Source of the DNA: Phyllobacterium sp.
Lineage (GTDB): Bacteria > Pseudomonadota > Alphaproteobacteria > Rhizobiales > Rhizobiaceae
Reading direction: 5' to 3'
NCBI RefSeq assembly: GCF_037994425.1
Contig: NZ_JBBNAM010000325.1
Location: forward strand, 2,438 to 66,437
Length of the DNA: 64,000 nucleotides
The first letter of the stretch is position 1, and every line of letters starts with the position of its first letter. The notes beneath the pieces are model-generated. The model did not search any database. It had not been told where the DNA came from and saw only the letters and a list, made by a program, of their open reading frames with translations. This document shows positions 1 to 12,436 of the stretch, one piece after another. A program made the translations under genes and the position numbers.

Positions 1-1
1 A

Positions 2-603
2 ATGCCAGTCAGCCGCACATTACGACTCACGCTCGCCCTTGCCGGCACGCTATCTCCTGCCCTCGCCCATGCCACGTGGGCATGGGGGAAACGAGCGGCC
101 TCGCACACGGATTTGCCCACCCGATAACCGGGCTCGATCACATCCTTGCCATGGTACTTGTCGGCATCCTCGCCGTGCAGATGGGCGGACGGGCGCTGTG
201 GCTCCTGCCGCTTGCCTTTATTATGATGATGATCGGTGGCGCTGCACTTGGCATTGCCGGCATTAGCCTGCCGTTCGTCGAGGCTGGCATTGCCGCTTCG
301 GTGATCGTGCTCGGTGCCGCCGTCGCCTTTGAAGTCAAACCGCCTGTCGCCGGCGCTGTGGTCCTCGCTGCGCTCTTTGCCATCTTCCATGGCCATGCCC
401 ATGGCGCGGAAATGCCAGCTAACGTTGCTGGCTTTGCCTATGGCGCCGGCTTCGTCGCGGCCACAGCCCTTCTTCACCTTGCCGGCATCGTCCTTGGCTT
501 TGGCATCGGCAAGCTTGGCGAGCGCTTCGGTCACAATTTGGCACGGGTCGTCGGCGCTGTTGCCGCCGCAACCGGCGTCGGCATTCTCAGCGGCGCAATC
601 TGA
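2..603 (+). pseudogene. HupE/UreJ family Ni/Co transporter-like membrane protein, frameshifted near 72-73
   Basis: Frame from ATG at 2 gives the signal-like MPVSRTLRLTLALAGTLSPALAHA; another frame from 73 continues HVGMGETSGLAHGFAHPITGLDHILAM...FHGHAHG (HupE/UreJ His motifs). One missing C joins them. Could be a sequencing error. Confidence 0.75.
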
Positions 604-629
604 ACTGATCTGTGTTCAAACACCGAATC

Positions 630-666
630 AAAAAGGCCGGGCAATCGCTTGCCCGGCCTTTTGTTT
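630..666. terminator. Bidirectional intrinsic terminator between hupE/ureJ and lon
   Basis: AAAAA-GGCCGGGCAA-TCGC-TTGCCCGGCC-TTTT: perfect 10-bp stem with A and T tracts between convergent genes. Confidence 0.9.
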
Positions 667-677
667 TGGACGTTCGA

Positions 678-3098
<2,421 letters not shown>

Positions 3099-3235
3099 TT
3101 CATGTCCTTTCTCAGGCCATCTGGCCAGATCGCCACGCCCGTGTACCCATGGGTTGCATGATCATTCCAAAAAGCATCCACCTTCGGGGATCAGGCATTG
3201 AGCGGCGTACTACCGGTTGTGCGGCTTACCTCATT

Positions 3236-3264
3236 ACTTGGAGTGGCGGCCTGCTCGTTTCAAG
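3236..3264 (-). promoter_or_regulatory. RpoH (sigma32)-type promoter upstream of lon
   Basis: Minus strand CTTGAA-N17-CCAAGT, fitting the rhizobial RpoH pattern CTTGAA-N17-CCANNT. Confidence 0.7.
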
Positions 3265-3476
3265 CATCCCGGCTTCAAGCACAGTCACAGAATCGTAATC
3301 TATCCTGCTCCTGCAAACATCGGAGCACAATCTTTCGCAAGGCAACAAATCATCTGTAGCGGTGTGATTATCGTGGAAATCGTCCACATTTGCCGACTGT
3401 TCTTCACTGCCTTGCGATCAGCACTCTATGGTTAACCAAACCTCACTCAATTCTTAGCGCAATTCAGCCGCCATAC

Positions 3477-3516
3477 AAAACAGAAAAGCTCCGCCGTGCG
3501 CGGAGCTTCCTGTTTT
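3477..3516 (-). terminator. Intrinsic terminator after clpX
   Basis: Minus strand AAGCTCCGC-loop-GCGGAGCTT followed by TTCTGTTTT. Confidence 0.8.
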
Positions 3517-3536
3517 CGGCAGCAATACTTCCGCAA

Positions 3537-4811
3537 TCAGGCGGAAACATTGCCCTTCTCTTCTTTGCGTTCGGCATAGATGTAGAGTGGGCGCGAATTG
3601 CCCTCCACCACGTCGCCGGAAATGACCACTTCCTGGACGCCGTCCAGCGTCGGCAACTCGTACATCGTATCGAGCAGGATCTTTTCCATGATCGAACGCA
3701 GGCCGCGTGCGCCGGTCTTGCGGGCAATTGCCTTCTTGGCAATGGCCTTCAACGCGTCCTCATGGAACGTCAGTTCGACGTTTTCCATGTCGAACAGGCG
3801 CTGATACTGCTTGACCAGAGCGTTCTTAGGCTCGGAAAGAATCTGAACCAACGCTACTTCATCAAGGTCTTCGAGGGTTGCTATAACTGGCAAGCGGCCC
3901 ACAAATTCCGGGATGAGGCCGAATTTCAGGAGGTCCTCCGGCTCAAGTTCGCGGAAGATCGCGCCAACGCGGCGATCGTCCGGAGCCTTCACCGAGGCAC
4001 TGAAACCGATAGAGGTCTTTTCGCCGCGAGCCGAAATAATCTTGTCGAGACCTGCGAAGGCGCCGCCGCAGATGAACAGGATGTTCGTCGTGTCGACCTG
4101 CAGGAATTCCTGCTGCGGGTGCTTGCGACCACCCTGCGGCGGAACGGAGGCAACCGTGCCTTCCATGATCTTCAGCAAGGCCTGCTGCACACCCTCGCCC
4201 GACACGTCGCGTGTGATCGAAGGATTGTCCGACTTGCGGCTGATCTTGTCGACCTCGTCGATATAGACGATGCCGCGCTGCGCCCGCTCGACATTATAAT
4301 CGGCGGATTGAAGCAACTTGAGGATGATATTTTCCACATCCTCACCGACGTAGCCCGCTTCTGTCAGCGTCGTCGCGTCTGCCATGGTGAAGGGCACGTC
4401 GATGATGCGCGCTAGCGACTGCGCCAGATAGGTCTTGCCACAACCGGTTGGGCCAACAAGGAGGATGTTGGACTTCGCCAGTTCGACTTCATTGTTTTTC
4501 GATGCGTGCGCCAACCGCTTGTAATGGTTGTGCACAGCGACAGAGAGAACACGCTTGGCATGACTCTGACCGATGACGTAGTCATCGAGAACAGCCATGA
4601 TCTCCTGCGGCGTCGGGACGCCTTCGCGGGATTTCACCATCGAGGATTTGTTCTCCTCGCGGATGATGTCCATGCACAATTCGACGCACTCATCACAGAT
4701 AAATACAGTCGGGCCCGCAATCAGCTTGCGAACTTCATGCTGGCTCTTTCCGCAAAACGAGCAATAAAGCGTATTCTTGGAATCGCCGCCGCCGTTGCTG
4801 ACTTTGCTCAT
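3537..4811 (-). CDS. clpX: ClpX ATPase subunit
   Basis: Zn-binding CSFC...ICDEC, Walker [28 protein letters not shown]. Confidence 0.99.
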   Translation of the reverse strand: MSKVSNGGGDSKNTLYCSFCGKSQHEVRKLIAGPTVFICDECVELCMDIIREENKSSMVKSREGVPTPQEIMAVLDDYVIGQSHAKRVLSVAVHNHYKRLAHASKNNEVELAKSNILLVGPTGCGKTYLAQSLARIIDVPFTMADATTLTEAGYVGEDVENIILKLLQSADYNVERAQRGIVYIDEVDKISRKSDNPSITRDVSGEGVQQALLKIMEGTVASVPPQGGRKHPQQEFLQVDTTNILFICGGAFAGLDKIISARGEKTSIGFSASVKAPDDRRVGAIFRELEPEDLLKFGLIPEFVGRLPVIATLEDLDEVALVQILSEPKNALVKQYQRLFDMENVELTFHEDALKAIAKKAIARKTGARGLRSIMEKILLDTMYELPTLDGVQEVVISGDVVEGNSRPLYIYAERKEEKGNVSA

Positions 4812-4899
4812 TGCAGTTTCCTTTCAGTATCAGCCCCGCTCTCCCGGGACTGTCACTTCCTACCGCTGGAAGTGAATAGTCGTATGCAGATAAGGCTAC

Positions 4900-4915
4900 C
4901 TAACTCACACTTAAC
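4900..4915. promoter_or_regulatory. CtrA-box-like site upstream of clpX
   Basis: CTAA-CTCACAC-TTAAC, one mismatch to TTAA-N7-TTAAC. Confidence 0.35.
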
Positions 4916-5015
4916 GTAACGTCTGTTGGCCTCTATGCAAGCCGGTTGTGTGGCAGAAAGTCCGCATCGGTGTCAAAAAATGTTCATTTTCGACCCCGAT
5001 GCGCGAATTAGCCGG

Positions 5016-5645
5016 TTACTTTATCTCGCCTTCAAGGAGTTCGCGGGACTCGAGCAACTTGTCGATCAGCCCGAACTCCAGTGATTCCTGGGCCGTCATG
5101 AAGTGATCGCGGTCGAGCGTGCGCTCGATCGTCTCGTAGTCACGGCCTGTATGCTTCACGTAGATTTCGTTGAGGCGGCGCTTCAGCTTGATGATGTCCT
5201 GGGCATGCCGCTCAATGTCGGAGGCCTGTCCCTGGAAACCGCCCGAGGGCTGGTGCAGCATGATGCGGGCATTGGGCAGGGCGAAACGCATGTCCTTTGC
5301 ACCGGCGGTCAAAAGGAGCGATCCCATTGAAGCGGCCTGACCAAAGCAGAGCGTTGCCACCGCCGGGCGGATGAACTGCATCGTGTCGTAGATCGCCATG
5401 CCGGACGTGACGACACCACCCGGCGAATTGATATACATGTTGATTTCTTTTTTCGGATTTTCCGATTCAAGGAAGAGCAACTGAGCGCAGATCAGGGTTG
5501 CCATCCCGTCTTCGATCGGTCCGGTAATGAAAATAATGCGTTCTTTCAGCAGGCGCGAGAAAATATCATAGGCCCGCTCGCCCCGATTGGTCTGTTCGAC
5601 GACCATGGGCACGAGGTTCATAGCTGTTTCGATTGGATCTCTCAT
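5016..5645 (-). CDS. clpP: ClpP protease subunit
   Basis: [32 protein letters not shown] motifs. Confidence 0.99.
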   Translation of the reverse strand: MRDPIETAMNLVPMVVEQTNRGERAYDIFSRLLKERIIFITGPIEDGMATLICAQLLFLESENPKKEINMYINSPGGVVTSGMAIYDTMQFIRPAVATLCFGQAASMGSLLLTAGAKDMRFALPNARIMLHQPSGGFQGQASDIERHAQDIIKLKRRLNEIYVKHTGRDYETIERTLDRDHFMTAQESLEFGLIDKLLESRELLEGEIK

Positions 5646-5710
5646 CGGTGGGCCTCAGCGTTTTGAGAATTATGGGGCATGCCCCAGATTCGTGGATTAC
5701 ACTTTCGATA

Positions 5711-5739
5711 CATAGGGCTTCGCAACCCGTTTCCGCAAG
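5711..5739 (-). promoter_or_regulatory. Candidate RpoH/RpoD-type promoter for clpP
   Basis: Minus strand CTTGCG-N17-CCTATG. Confidence 0.45.
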
Positions 5740-5809
5740 ATGTTCGCTTGACCATCCCGGGCAAGTCGCTGACCATCGGGTTGCTACCCGGGCCCGAACC
5801 CGCATGGAA

Positions 5810-7060
5810 ATGTCGATGATCCTTCCCCCATCCTTTCGTTATGATACCGAACGCCGCCATTTGCACCTCGATCCGTTCGATGGGACCTTCTTTGAGGATC
5901 CCTATCCGGCCTATGCGCATCTCCATGCGTCAACCTCGGCCTTCTTTTGGGAAAACTACGGATTTTGGTGCTTCATCGGGTACGATGCTGTCAATCAACT
6001 CTTGCGGGACCGACGTTTCGGCCGGGAGAAGCGTCATACCGACGCCGACTCTCAGGGCAGGTCCGGCAACCGCGCGCACCTCAACGATTTCGATCGCGTC
6101 GAGAAGTTCTCGATGCTGGAACTTGAGCCGCCGGTTCATACGCGGCTGCGTACACTTGTGAACCGTGCCTTCGTTTCGCGCCAAGTCGAACGCCTGCGGC
6201 CGAGAATCGAGGAGCTTGCAAACGACCTGATCGACCGCTACGAGACAAGACGAGACGCCGATCTGATTGCGGAATTCGCTACCCCGATTCCTGTTACGGT
6301 TATTGCCGAGATGCTCGGCGTACCAGTCGAAACCGCGCCGCAACTTTTGGACTGGTCGCATCGCATCGTTGCCATGTATATGCACGGCCGCACGCGGCAA
6401 TCCGAAGAGAGTGCCAATTCAGCAGCGGCAGAGTTCTCCAGCTTTCTGCGCGACTATGCCGGGAGGCGGCGGGCTGAACCAGCCGAGGACCTGTTGAGCC
6501 TGCTGCTCGCCGCCGAGGCCGATGGCGCAAAGCTGACGGAAGACGAAGTCGTCACAACGGCGATCCTGCTTCTCAATGCCGGCCATGAGGCAACGGTGCA
6601 CCAGACCGGCAATGCTGTGAAGACTATCCTCGAATGTGGTCTGGGTACCACAAGCCTCTTTGCCGATACGGAACGTACCGCAAAAACTGTGGAAGAATGC
6701 CTAAGATACGACGCCCCGCTGCATATGTTCACGCGGTATGCCTATGAGAACGTTGATCTCGGCGATGGTGTCCGCCTCAAGCCTGGCGATCAGATCGGAC
6801 TTATGCTTGGCGCGGCCAATCGCGATCCGCGAGCTTTTGCCTTGCCACAGGCATTCCAGCCCGATCGCAAGGACCAGAAAAATCTTTCGTTCGGCGCCGG
6901 CATTCACTTTTGCATCGGGGCGCCGTTGGCGCGTCTGGAACTGCAGGTCGCGTTGAGGGTGTTGTTCGATCGTTTGCCCGATCTACGGTTCAGCCAGCCG
7001 CCACACTATCGCAACACCTATCACTTTCATGGCCTTGAGCGGCTGGACGTCACGTGGTGA
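5810..7060 (+). CDS. Cytochrome P450
   Basis: Heme motif FGAGIHFCIG, ExxR (EECLR), I-helix AGHEAT. Start uncertain (5804, 5810 or 5816). Confidence 0.95.
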   Translation: MSMILPPSFRYDTERRHLHLDPFDGTFFEDPYPAYAHLHASTSAFFWENYGFWCFIGYDAVNQLLRDRRFGREKRHTDADSQGRSGNRAHLNDFDRVEKFSMLELEPPVHTRLRTLVNRAFVSRQVERLRPRIEELANDLIDRYETRRDADLIAEFATPIPVTVIAEMLGVPVETAPQLLDWSHRIVAMYMHGRTRQSEESANSAAAEFSSFLRDYAGRRRAEPAEDLLSLLLAAEADGAKLTEDEVVTTAILLLNAGHEATVHQTGNAVKTILECGLGTTSLFADTERTAKTVEECLRYDAPLHMFTRYAYENVDLGDGVRLKPGDQIGLMLGAANRDPRAFALPQAFQPDRKDQKNLSFGAGIHFCIGAPLARLELQVALRVLFDRLPDLRFSQPPHYRNTYHFHGLERLDVTW

Positions 7061-7405
7061 TCAGAGCCTGACTACGTATTCCTTGCGCGTGGTCTCAACC
7101 ACCTCCCAGGTTCCACGAAACCCTGGACGCAATACGAAACTGTCGCCAGCCCTGACGTGATGCTCGCCGCCTCCATCCTCAGCGATAATGGAGTAGCCGG
7201 ACAGGATGTGGCAAAACTCCCATTCTTCATAGACGATCTGCCATTTTCCGGGCGTTGCCTCCCAGATCCCGGCGTAAAGGTCGCCTTCGGCTTCCTCGGA
7301 ATTCCAGGTGCGGAACTGCGGATTGCCGGAGACAACCCGCTCGGGCGCGGGCGCACCATGTTCCGGTTCAATGCCGTCGACATCGATTCTTACTAGATTG
7401 CTCAT
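7061..7405 (-). CDS. Cupin_3 (DUF861/EutQ-like) protein
   Basis: GIWEATPG...EWEFCHILSG...AGDSFVLRPGFRGTWEV. Confidence 0.9.
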   Translation of the reverse strand: MSNLVRIDVDGIEPEHGAPAPERVVSGNPQFRTWNSEEAEGDLYAGIWEATPGKWQIVYEEWEFCHILSGYSIIAEDGGGEHHVRAGDSFVLRPGFRGTWEVVETTRKEYVVRL

Positions 7406-7407
7406 GG

Positions 7408-8694
7408 TTAACCCGCCTTGCTCAACGCCTGTTCCAGGTCGGTAATGATATCTTCAACGGTTTCGATGCCGATGGAGAGGCGGATAACCTCGGGCCCAGC
7501 CCCGGCGGCGACCTTCTGTTCGTCGCTGAGTTGGCGATGTGTCGTGGATGCCGGATGGATGACCAGCGATCGCGTATCGCCAATATTGGCAAGGTGCGAG
7601 AAGAGCTGCAGTGCTTCAACAAACTTGACGCCGGCGTCATAGCCGCCACGCAGCCCAAATGTGAAAACGGAACCAGCTCCCTTTGGCGCATATTTTTGTT
7701 GGAGGGCGTGATACGGGTCTTCCGGTAGCCCCGCATAACTCACCCAAGCGACCTTCTCGTGTCTTTGCAGCCATCGCGCGACCGCGAGTGCGTTTTCTGC
7801 GTGGCGCTGCATGCGCAGCGGCAACGTCTCGATGCCGGTGAGGATCTGGAACGCGTTGAACGGCGAAAGCGCTGGACCGAGATCCCGCAGGCCGAGAACG
7901 CGGCAGGCGATGGCAAAGGCAAAATTGCCGAAGGTGTCGTGGAGGACGGCACCGTTATATTCCGGGCGCGGCTCCGACAGCAGCGGATAATTGCCGGATT
8001 TCGACCAGTCGAACGTACCGCAATCAACAATGATACCGCCCATTGAATTGCCGTGGCCGCCGAGGAACTTGGTGGCTGAATGGACGATAATATCTGCACC
8101 GTGCTCAATCGGCCGGATGAGATGGGGTGTTGCGAGCGTATTATCGACAATGAGCGGAAGGCCATGGCGATGAGCGATCTCCGCGACGGCCGCAATATCT
8201 GTAATGATCCCGCCCGGATTGGCGATGCTTTCGATAAACACCGCGCGTGTCCGTGCGTCGATCTGGGACTCGAACGACGTCGGGTCATCGCCCTCTGCCC
8301 AGCGCACCTGCCAGCCGAACGACTTGAACGATTGGCCGAACTGGTTGATCGAACCGCCATAAAGTTTGTTCGAGGCAACGAAATTGTCCCCCGGCTGCAA
8401 CAGAGTGTGGAAGACCAGGAGTTGCGCCGCATGACCGGACGCGACGCTGAGCGCCGCTGTTCCGCCTTCGAGCGCCGCAACCCGCTCTTCCAGGACTGCG
8501 TTGGTGGGATTGGTGATGCGGGAGTAAATATTGCCGAAGGCCTTCAAGCCGAACAAAGACGCCGCATGATCGGCATCATCGAAGACAAAGGCTGTCGTCT
8601 GATAGATCGGCGTTACCCGCGCCCCAGTCGCAGGATCGGGCTTGGCGCCGGCGTGGACCGCAAGTGTTTCTATTCCGGGTGCGCGATGCGCCAT
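7408..8694 (-). CDS. metY: O-acetylhomoserine aminocarboxypropyltransferase (PLP)
   Basis: ETLAVHAG, YSRITNPT, PLP lysine in HSATKF; GGAGG RBS before MAHRAPG. Confidence 0.92.
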   Translation of the reverse strand: MAHRAPGIETLAVHAGAKPDPATGARVTPIYQTTAFVFDDADHAASLFGLKAFGNIYSRITNPTNAVLEERVAALEGGTAALSVASGHAAQLLVFHTLLQPGDNFVASNKLYGGSINQFGQSFKSFGWQVRWAEGDDPTSFESQIDARTRAVFIESIANPGGIITDIAAVAEIAHRHGLPLIVDNTLATPHLIRPIEHGADIIVHSATKFLGGHGNSMGGIIVDCGTFDWSKSGNYPLLSEPRPEYNGAVLHDTFGNFAFAIACRVLGLRDLGPALSPFNAFQILTGIETLPLRMQRHAENALAVARWLQRHEKVAWVSYAGLPEDPYHALQQKYAPKGAGSVFTFGLRGGYDAGVKFVEALQLFSHLANIGDTRSLVIHPASTTHRQLSDEQKVAAGAGPEVIRLSIGIETVEDIITDLEQALSKAG

Positions 8695-8851
8695 GGTGTT
8701 CCTCCTGTCGACGGTGGATCGGATCAAACTACGGAAGGGCGACGCTGGCGCCAAGCAAGCCGTTTTGCAAAGGACGACGAACCAATTTCAGGTTCCGATT
8801 TGAGATTCTCATGCCATATGCGGCGATATGGGCGAAACCCGCCAAATTCGC

Positions 8852-9289
8852 TCAGCCTTGGTCCAGACCGAGCAGCGCATATTCGATGGCCGGACAACGA
8901 TCCATGACCACGGTGAGACCAGCTGCTTCCGCTTTTCGTGCCACCTCCTGATCGCGAACGCCGAGTTGCGTCCAAAAAACTCTTGGGCGTTGCTTTAAGG
9001 CCAAAATCTCGTCAATGAGACCAGGAAGGGCAGCAGAATTGCGAAAGACATCGACCATGTCGAATGGCTCTGGAATGTCGGCCAGGCGCGCATAGACGGT
9101 CTGGCCATGGAGAATCTTGCCTTTCTGGCCGGGATTGACCGGGATCACTTTATAGCCTTTCGCCAGCAGGAACTGCATCACCGTGTTGCTCGGCCGCGTT
9201 TCGTTGGGCGATGCGCCGACGAGCGCAATGGTCTTGACGGAACTCAATATGCGGCGAATGAAACTGTCAGAGTAGTGATTGTGGTCCAT
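8852..9289 (-). CDS. CoA-binding protein (YccU-like)
   Basis: IALVGASPN, IPVNPG, DMVDVFR, VVMDRCPAIE. Confidence 0.92.
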   Translation of the reverse strand: MDHNHYSDSFIRRILSSVKTIALVGASPNETRPSNTVMQFLLAKGYKVIPVNPGQKGKILHGQTVYARLADIPEPFDMVDVFRNSAALPGLIDEILALKQRPRVFWTQLGVRDQEVARKAEAAGLTVVMDRCPAIEYALLGLDQG

Positions 9290-9295
9290 GGAGGG

Positions 9296-10111
9296 TTACT
9301 CACCTTTCCAGTCGGGCGAACGCTTTTCGATGAAAGCATTGATACCTTCTTCGGCGTCGCGCGCCAGCATATTCTCGACCATGACCTCGCCCGCGTAATC
9401 ATAGGCTTCAGTCAGTCCCATTTCGAGTTGCCTGTAGAATGCCTCCTTGCCGATCTTGACCGTCAAGGGTGATTTCATTGCAATTGCTTGCGCATATTTC
9501 CTGACAATTTGATTGAGATATTCCTGCGGTACGACACGGTTGACCAAGCCGAACTCGCGCGCCGTGGATGCATCGATAGTTTCACCGGTAAGCAACATCT
9601 CCATCGCCTGTTTTCGCGAAACGTTTCGCGACAGGGCCACCATCGGCGTCGAACAAAAGAGACCAATGTTGACGCCGGGGGTGCAGAAAGTTGCTTTGTC
9701 GGTGCAGATCGCTAGGTCGCACGAGGCGACAAGTTGACACCCGGCGGCCGTAGCAAGCCCGTCGACAGCCGCTATGACTGGTCTTGGATGGCGGACGATC
9801 GCCTGCATTAGTTCGGCGCAGAGGCGCATTGTCCTTTCAAAGAAGGCGCGACCACGATCCTCGCCCTTCCGGTGTGCAGTAAGTTCCTTCAGGTCGTGGC
9901 CGGCGGAAAAGAGCCTGAGGCCCGAGCGGAGGATGATGACCCGCACCGCCTTGTCATCGCGTGCAATTCGCAGCTGATCGAGCAGCAACTGCATCATGGC
10001 AAGTGATAGCGCATTCGCCGGAGGATTTTGCAAAGTCAGTTGCAGAATTCCATCCGACAGTTCGGACGCGATCACGGGCTCTTCCTTGCGGATGGCGTGA
10101 ACTTCTCCCAT
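9296..10111 (-). CDS. Enoyl-CoA hydratase
   Basis: FSAGHDLKE, ATAAGCQLVASCDL, AEEGINAFIEKR. Confidence 0.95.
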   Translation of the reverse strand: MGEVHAIRKEEPVIASELSDGILQLTLQNPPANALSLAMMQLLLDQLRIARDDKAVRVIILRSGLRLFSAGHDLKELTAHRKGEDRGRAFFERTMRLCAELMQAIVRHPRPVIAAVDGLATAAGCQLVASCDLAICTDKATFCTPGVNIGLFCSTPMVALSRNVSRKQAMEMLLTGETIDASTAREFGLVNRVVPQEYLNQIVRKYAQAIAMKSPLTVKIGKEAFYRQLEMGLTEAYDYAGEVMVENMLARDAEEGINAFIEKRSPDWKGE

Positions 10112-10127
10112 GGGGTTCCTCTTGGAT

Positions 10128-10676
10128 CTATTGGCCGGGGGGCGCCCAAAGCTCGTAGAACGGCTTCAGCGTTCGCAAGTGCCGCTGGACGATAGCAAGA
10201 TTCTCCGGCATCGGCTTGGCGCTTTCAACCCGCGCCAGACCGGCCTTCAGCCCGCTTATCATGTCAGCCTTTTCCTGATCGTTCAGATTGGACATGGCCG
10301 GAATCGCTTCGATTGCCTTCTCGACTTCCAGACGCGGATCCGGATTGGTTGCCCAATGATAGGTCACCATGATGGTGTTGGTGGTATTCATCCAGTCGGC
10401 AAAACTGGAGAAGCCATATTTCGCCGCAGTCTGGTCCAAAGCTGCCGTGCGCTGCGCGGCCTCGCCTCGTCCGTCGATCTCTCGCACTTTGGCCGCGACT
10501 GGTGCGAACCCGTAGAGAAATCGCGTAACCATGTCTTCCGTCAGCGCAACCGGCCGCTCCGGCAAGCTGAACGGCTCAATCGCCTGCATGGGCGGCGGCG
10601 GGGTTTGTGTGGCGAGAACCCCGACATAGACAAGTGCGGCGATGCACGATGCAACAACTAATCCTGGCGGTTTCAT
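10128..10676 (-). CDS. Hypothetical exported or membrane-anchored protein
   Basis: Hydrophobic N-terminus MKPPGLVVASCIAALVYVGVL followed by a helical domain; no family recognised. Confidence 0.7.
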   Translation of the reverse strand: MKPPGLVVASCIAALVYVGVLATQTPPPPMQAIEPFSLPERPVALTEDMVTRFLYGFAPVAAKVREIDGRGEAAQRTAALDQTAAKYGFSSFADWMNTTNTIMVTYHWATNPDPRLEVEKAIEAIPAMSNLNDQEKADMISGLKAGLARVESAKPMPENLAIVQRHLRTLKPFYELWAPPGQ

Positions 10677-10754
10677 GCCCTCATCCTTGTCAAGACGATG
10701 CAGTTGCATAGAAATAGCAGCGAAACATGAAAGAAAACAGTCGGGAGGGCTATT

Positions 10755-11186
10755 GTGGGACCATTGATGGACGTGGAAGCGTTGACATCCTTTCTGGAGC
10801 GTGAATTTCCGCAGGTAAATGCCGACGGTATGGCGTTCATCGTGACCGATGCCGGTGCAGGCTTCGCTTCGATGCGGCTTGACCCAAAGGAACGCCACCT
10901 TCGTCCCGGCGGCACAGTCTCCGGACCGACCCTGTTTGCACTTGCAGACCTTACGGCCTATGTCGCGATCCTTGCCCAGATCGGCCCGGTTGCCTTGGCG
11001 GTAACGACGAACCTCAACATCAATTTCCTGCGCAAGCCGGAGCTCGGCGCCATCGACGCCACGGCTCGACTTCTAAAACTTGGAAAGCGTCTGGCGGTCG
11101 TCGAGATTGCCATGACGAGTACCGCCAGTGGCGAACTCGTCGCCCACGCGACATCGACCTATTCGATACCGCCGACCAGTGGTTAA
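10755..11186 (+). CDS. PaaI family thioesterase (hotdog fold)
   Basis: LRPGGTVSGPTLFALAD, TTNLNINFLRK. Confidence 0.93.
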   Translation: MGPLMDVEALTSFLEREFPQVNADGMAFIVTDAGAGFASMRLDPKERHLRPGGTVSGPTLFALADLTAYVAILAQIGPVALAVTTNLNINFLRKPELGAIDATARLLKLGKRLAVVEIAMTSTASGELVAHATSTYSIPPTSG

Positions 11187-11219
11187 GTCAGCAGTTCTGC
11201 GAGCCGAGCCTACGCGCGC

Positions 11220-11636
11220 TCAGAACGTGACCAGGCCGACGGTTTCGGCCACGTGCAACGTGTCGATGTATTCGACGAGCTCAATTACCTTCCCGTCGCG
11301 GAACGTGAAATGATCGACGAATTCGGTCCTGGACGATTGATCGGTAGGAATGAAGCGGACTATGCCCGAACGCACGGCGAAGACAGTTTCGCCGTCGATA
11401 TAGATCCCGGACGTTTCGAGCTTCGTAAAATCCCAATTGTTCATGAATTCCTGCATTGCGGTCCGCATTGCGTCGTTGCCCGTGACGGTGTGGCCCATTG
11501 GCGCCAGCCGTTCAGTACCGGCAATTCGGAAACTACAGTCCGGATGAAGGCATGACATGAGCCCGTCGAGATCGTTGTCGCGGCGCGCCGTGTAAAGGGC
11601 CATCACTGCGGTTTCGAGTATATTGCGCTCTGTCAT
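11220..11636 (-). CDS. NTF2/SnoaL-like protein
   Basis: GGGAGG RBS; HPDCSF, FTFRDGKVIELVEYIDT. Confidence 0.85.
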   Translation of the reverse strand: MTERNILETAVMALYTARRDNDLDGLMSCLHPDCSFRIAGTERLAPMGHTVTGNDAMRTAMQEFMNNWDFTKLETSGIYIDGETVFAVRSGIVRFIPTDQSSRTEFVDHFTFRDGKVIELVEYIDTLHVAETVGLVTF

Positions 11637-11782
11637 GGAAACCTCCCTTGTCCGGAGGCGAATTCTGCTCCGGAACGCGTCCGGCGGCAATTGCCCGAAC
11701 GGCTGTAACCACGACAAGAAATGTGTCGCCCCAACGCGACGTCGGTCTATTCACTCCCGCTAAATGATCCAGAATTTCGCCG

Positions 11783-12424
11783 CTATGACGGACAGGCGGC
11801 GCCAGTCTCCACCCACGCGCGGATCAACTCGCCGAATTCTGCCTGCGTGCCCGGCACCGGCTCACGTCCCTCGCCTGGCCGCCAGCCCCAGCCGACCAGA
11901 TCGTCATGCGCCATATGCTCGGTGATTTGATCGAGCGTCTTGCCGCCGTTGCGCTGCGGATCCTTGATCTGGCTACAGATCTCGCCGAGCGTCTTGCCTT
12001 GCCAGGCCATTTCGATGGGTGCGAGGTGCCAATTGCCGTTGCCGGGAATGCTTTTGATCGTATCCGCCTGCGCGACGACCTTGACGTTCTCGGCGCCGTG
12101 GCAGGTATTGCACATCATGCCCGGTACGCCCATTCCGGCCTCGCCGCGTGTTACCGGCGGTTGATGGACGTGCATCGACATGGACTGCAATGGGCGGTCC
12201 GTCGCCGGATGGCAGTTCACGCAGCGCGGATGCTGGATCACCTTACCTGCTTCCTCGAAGAGCGCTACCGACCGTATTTGTTCGTCGGCGATCGACTGAA
12301 ACGAAGCCGCTGGTTTCAATGAATTCGCCGGGCTGTCCTGCGCAAGAGAGATGTTTGAGATGGCAAGTGCCGCATTGATGGCAAGGCACGCCGCCACGGT
12401 CACGAAGGCGATGTTTCTTTTCAT
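11783..12424 (-). CDS. Exported di-heme c-type cytochrome associated with iorAB
   Basis: Signal peptide; two CxxCH motifs (CVNCH, CNTCH); directly after the IorB-like gene. Confidence 0.85.
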   Translation of the reverse strand: MKRNIAFVTVAACLAINAALAISNISLAQDSPANSLKPAASFQSIADEQIRSVALFEEAGKVIQHPRCVNCHPATDRPLQSMSMHVHQPPVTRGEAGMGVPGMMCNTCHGAENVKVVAQADTIKSIPGNGNWHLAPIEMAWQGKTLGEICSQIKDPQRNGGKTLDQITEHMAHDDLVGWGWRPGEGREPVPGTQAEFGELIRAWVETGAACPS

Positions 12425-12436
12425 CCGAAAGCCCCC

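Noticed and set aside
3390-4415. Long antisense ORFs over clpX, and similarly 1899-2636, 8080-8907, 25227-26123 and 44676-45620
   Set aside because: Typical GC-rich antisense shadows of well-supported genes.
8695-8851. Expected SAM-II riboswitch upstream of metY
   Set aside because: No UGAUUU...UUGCA...GCUAAA pattern visible on the minus strand.
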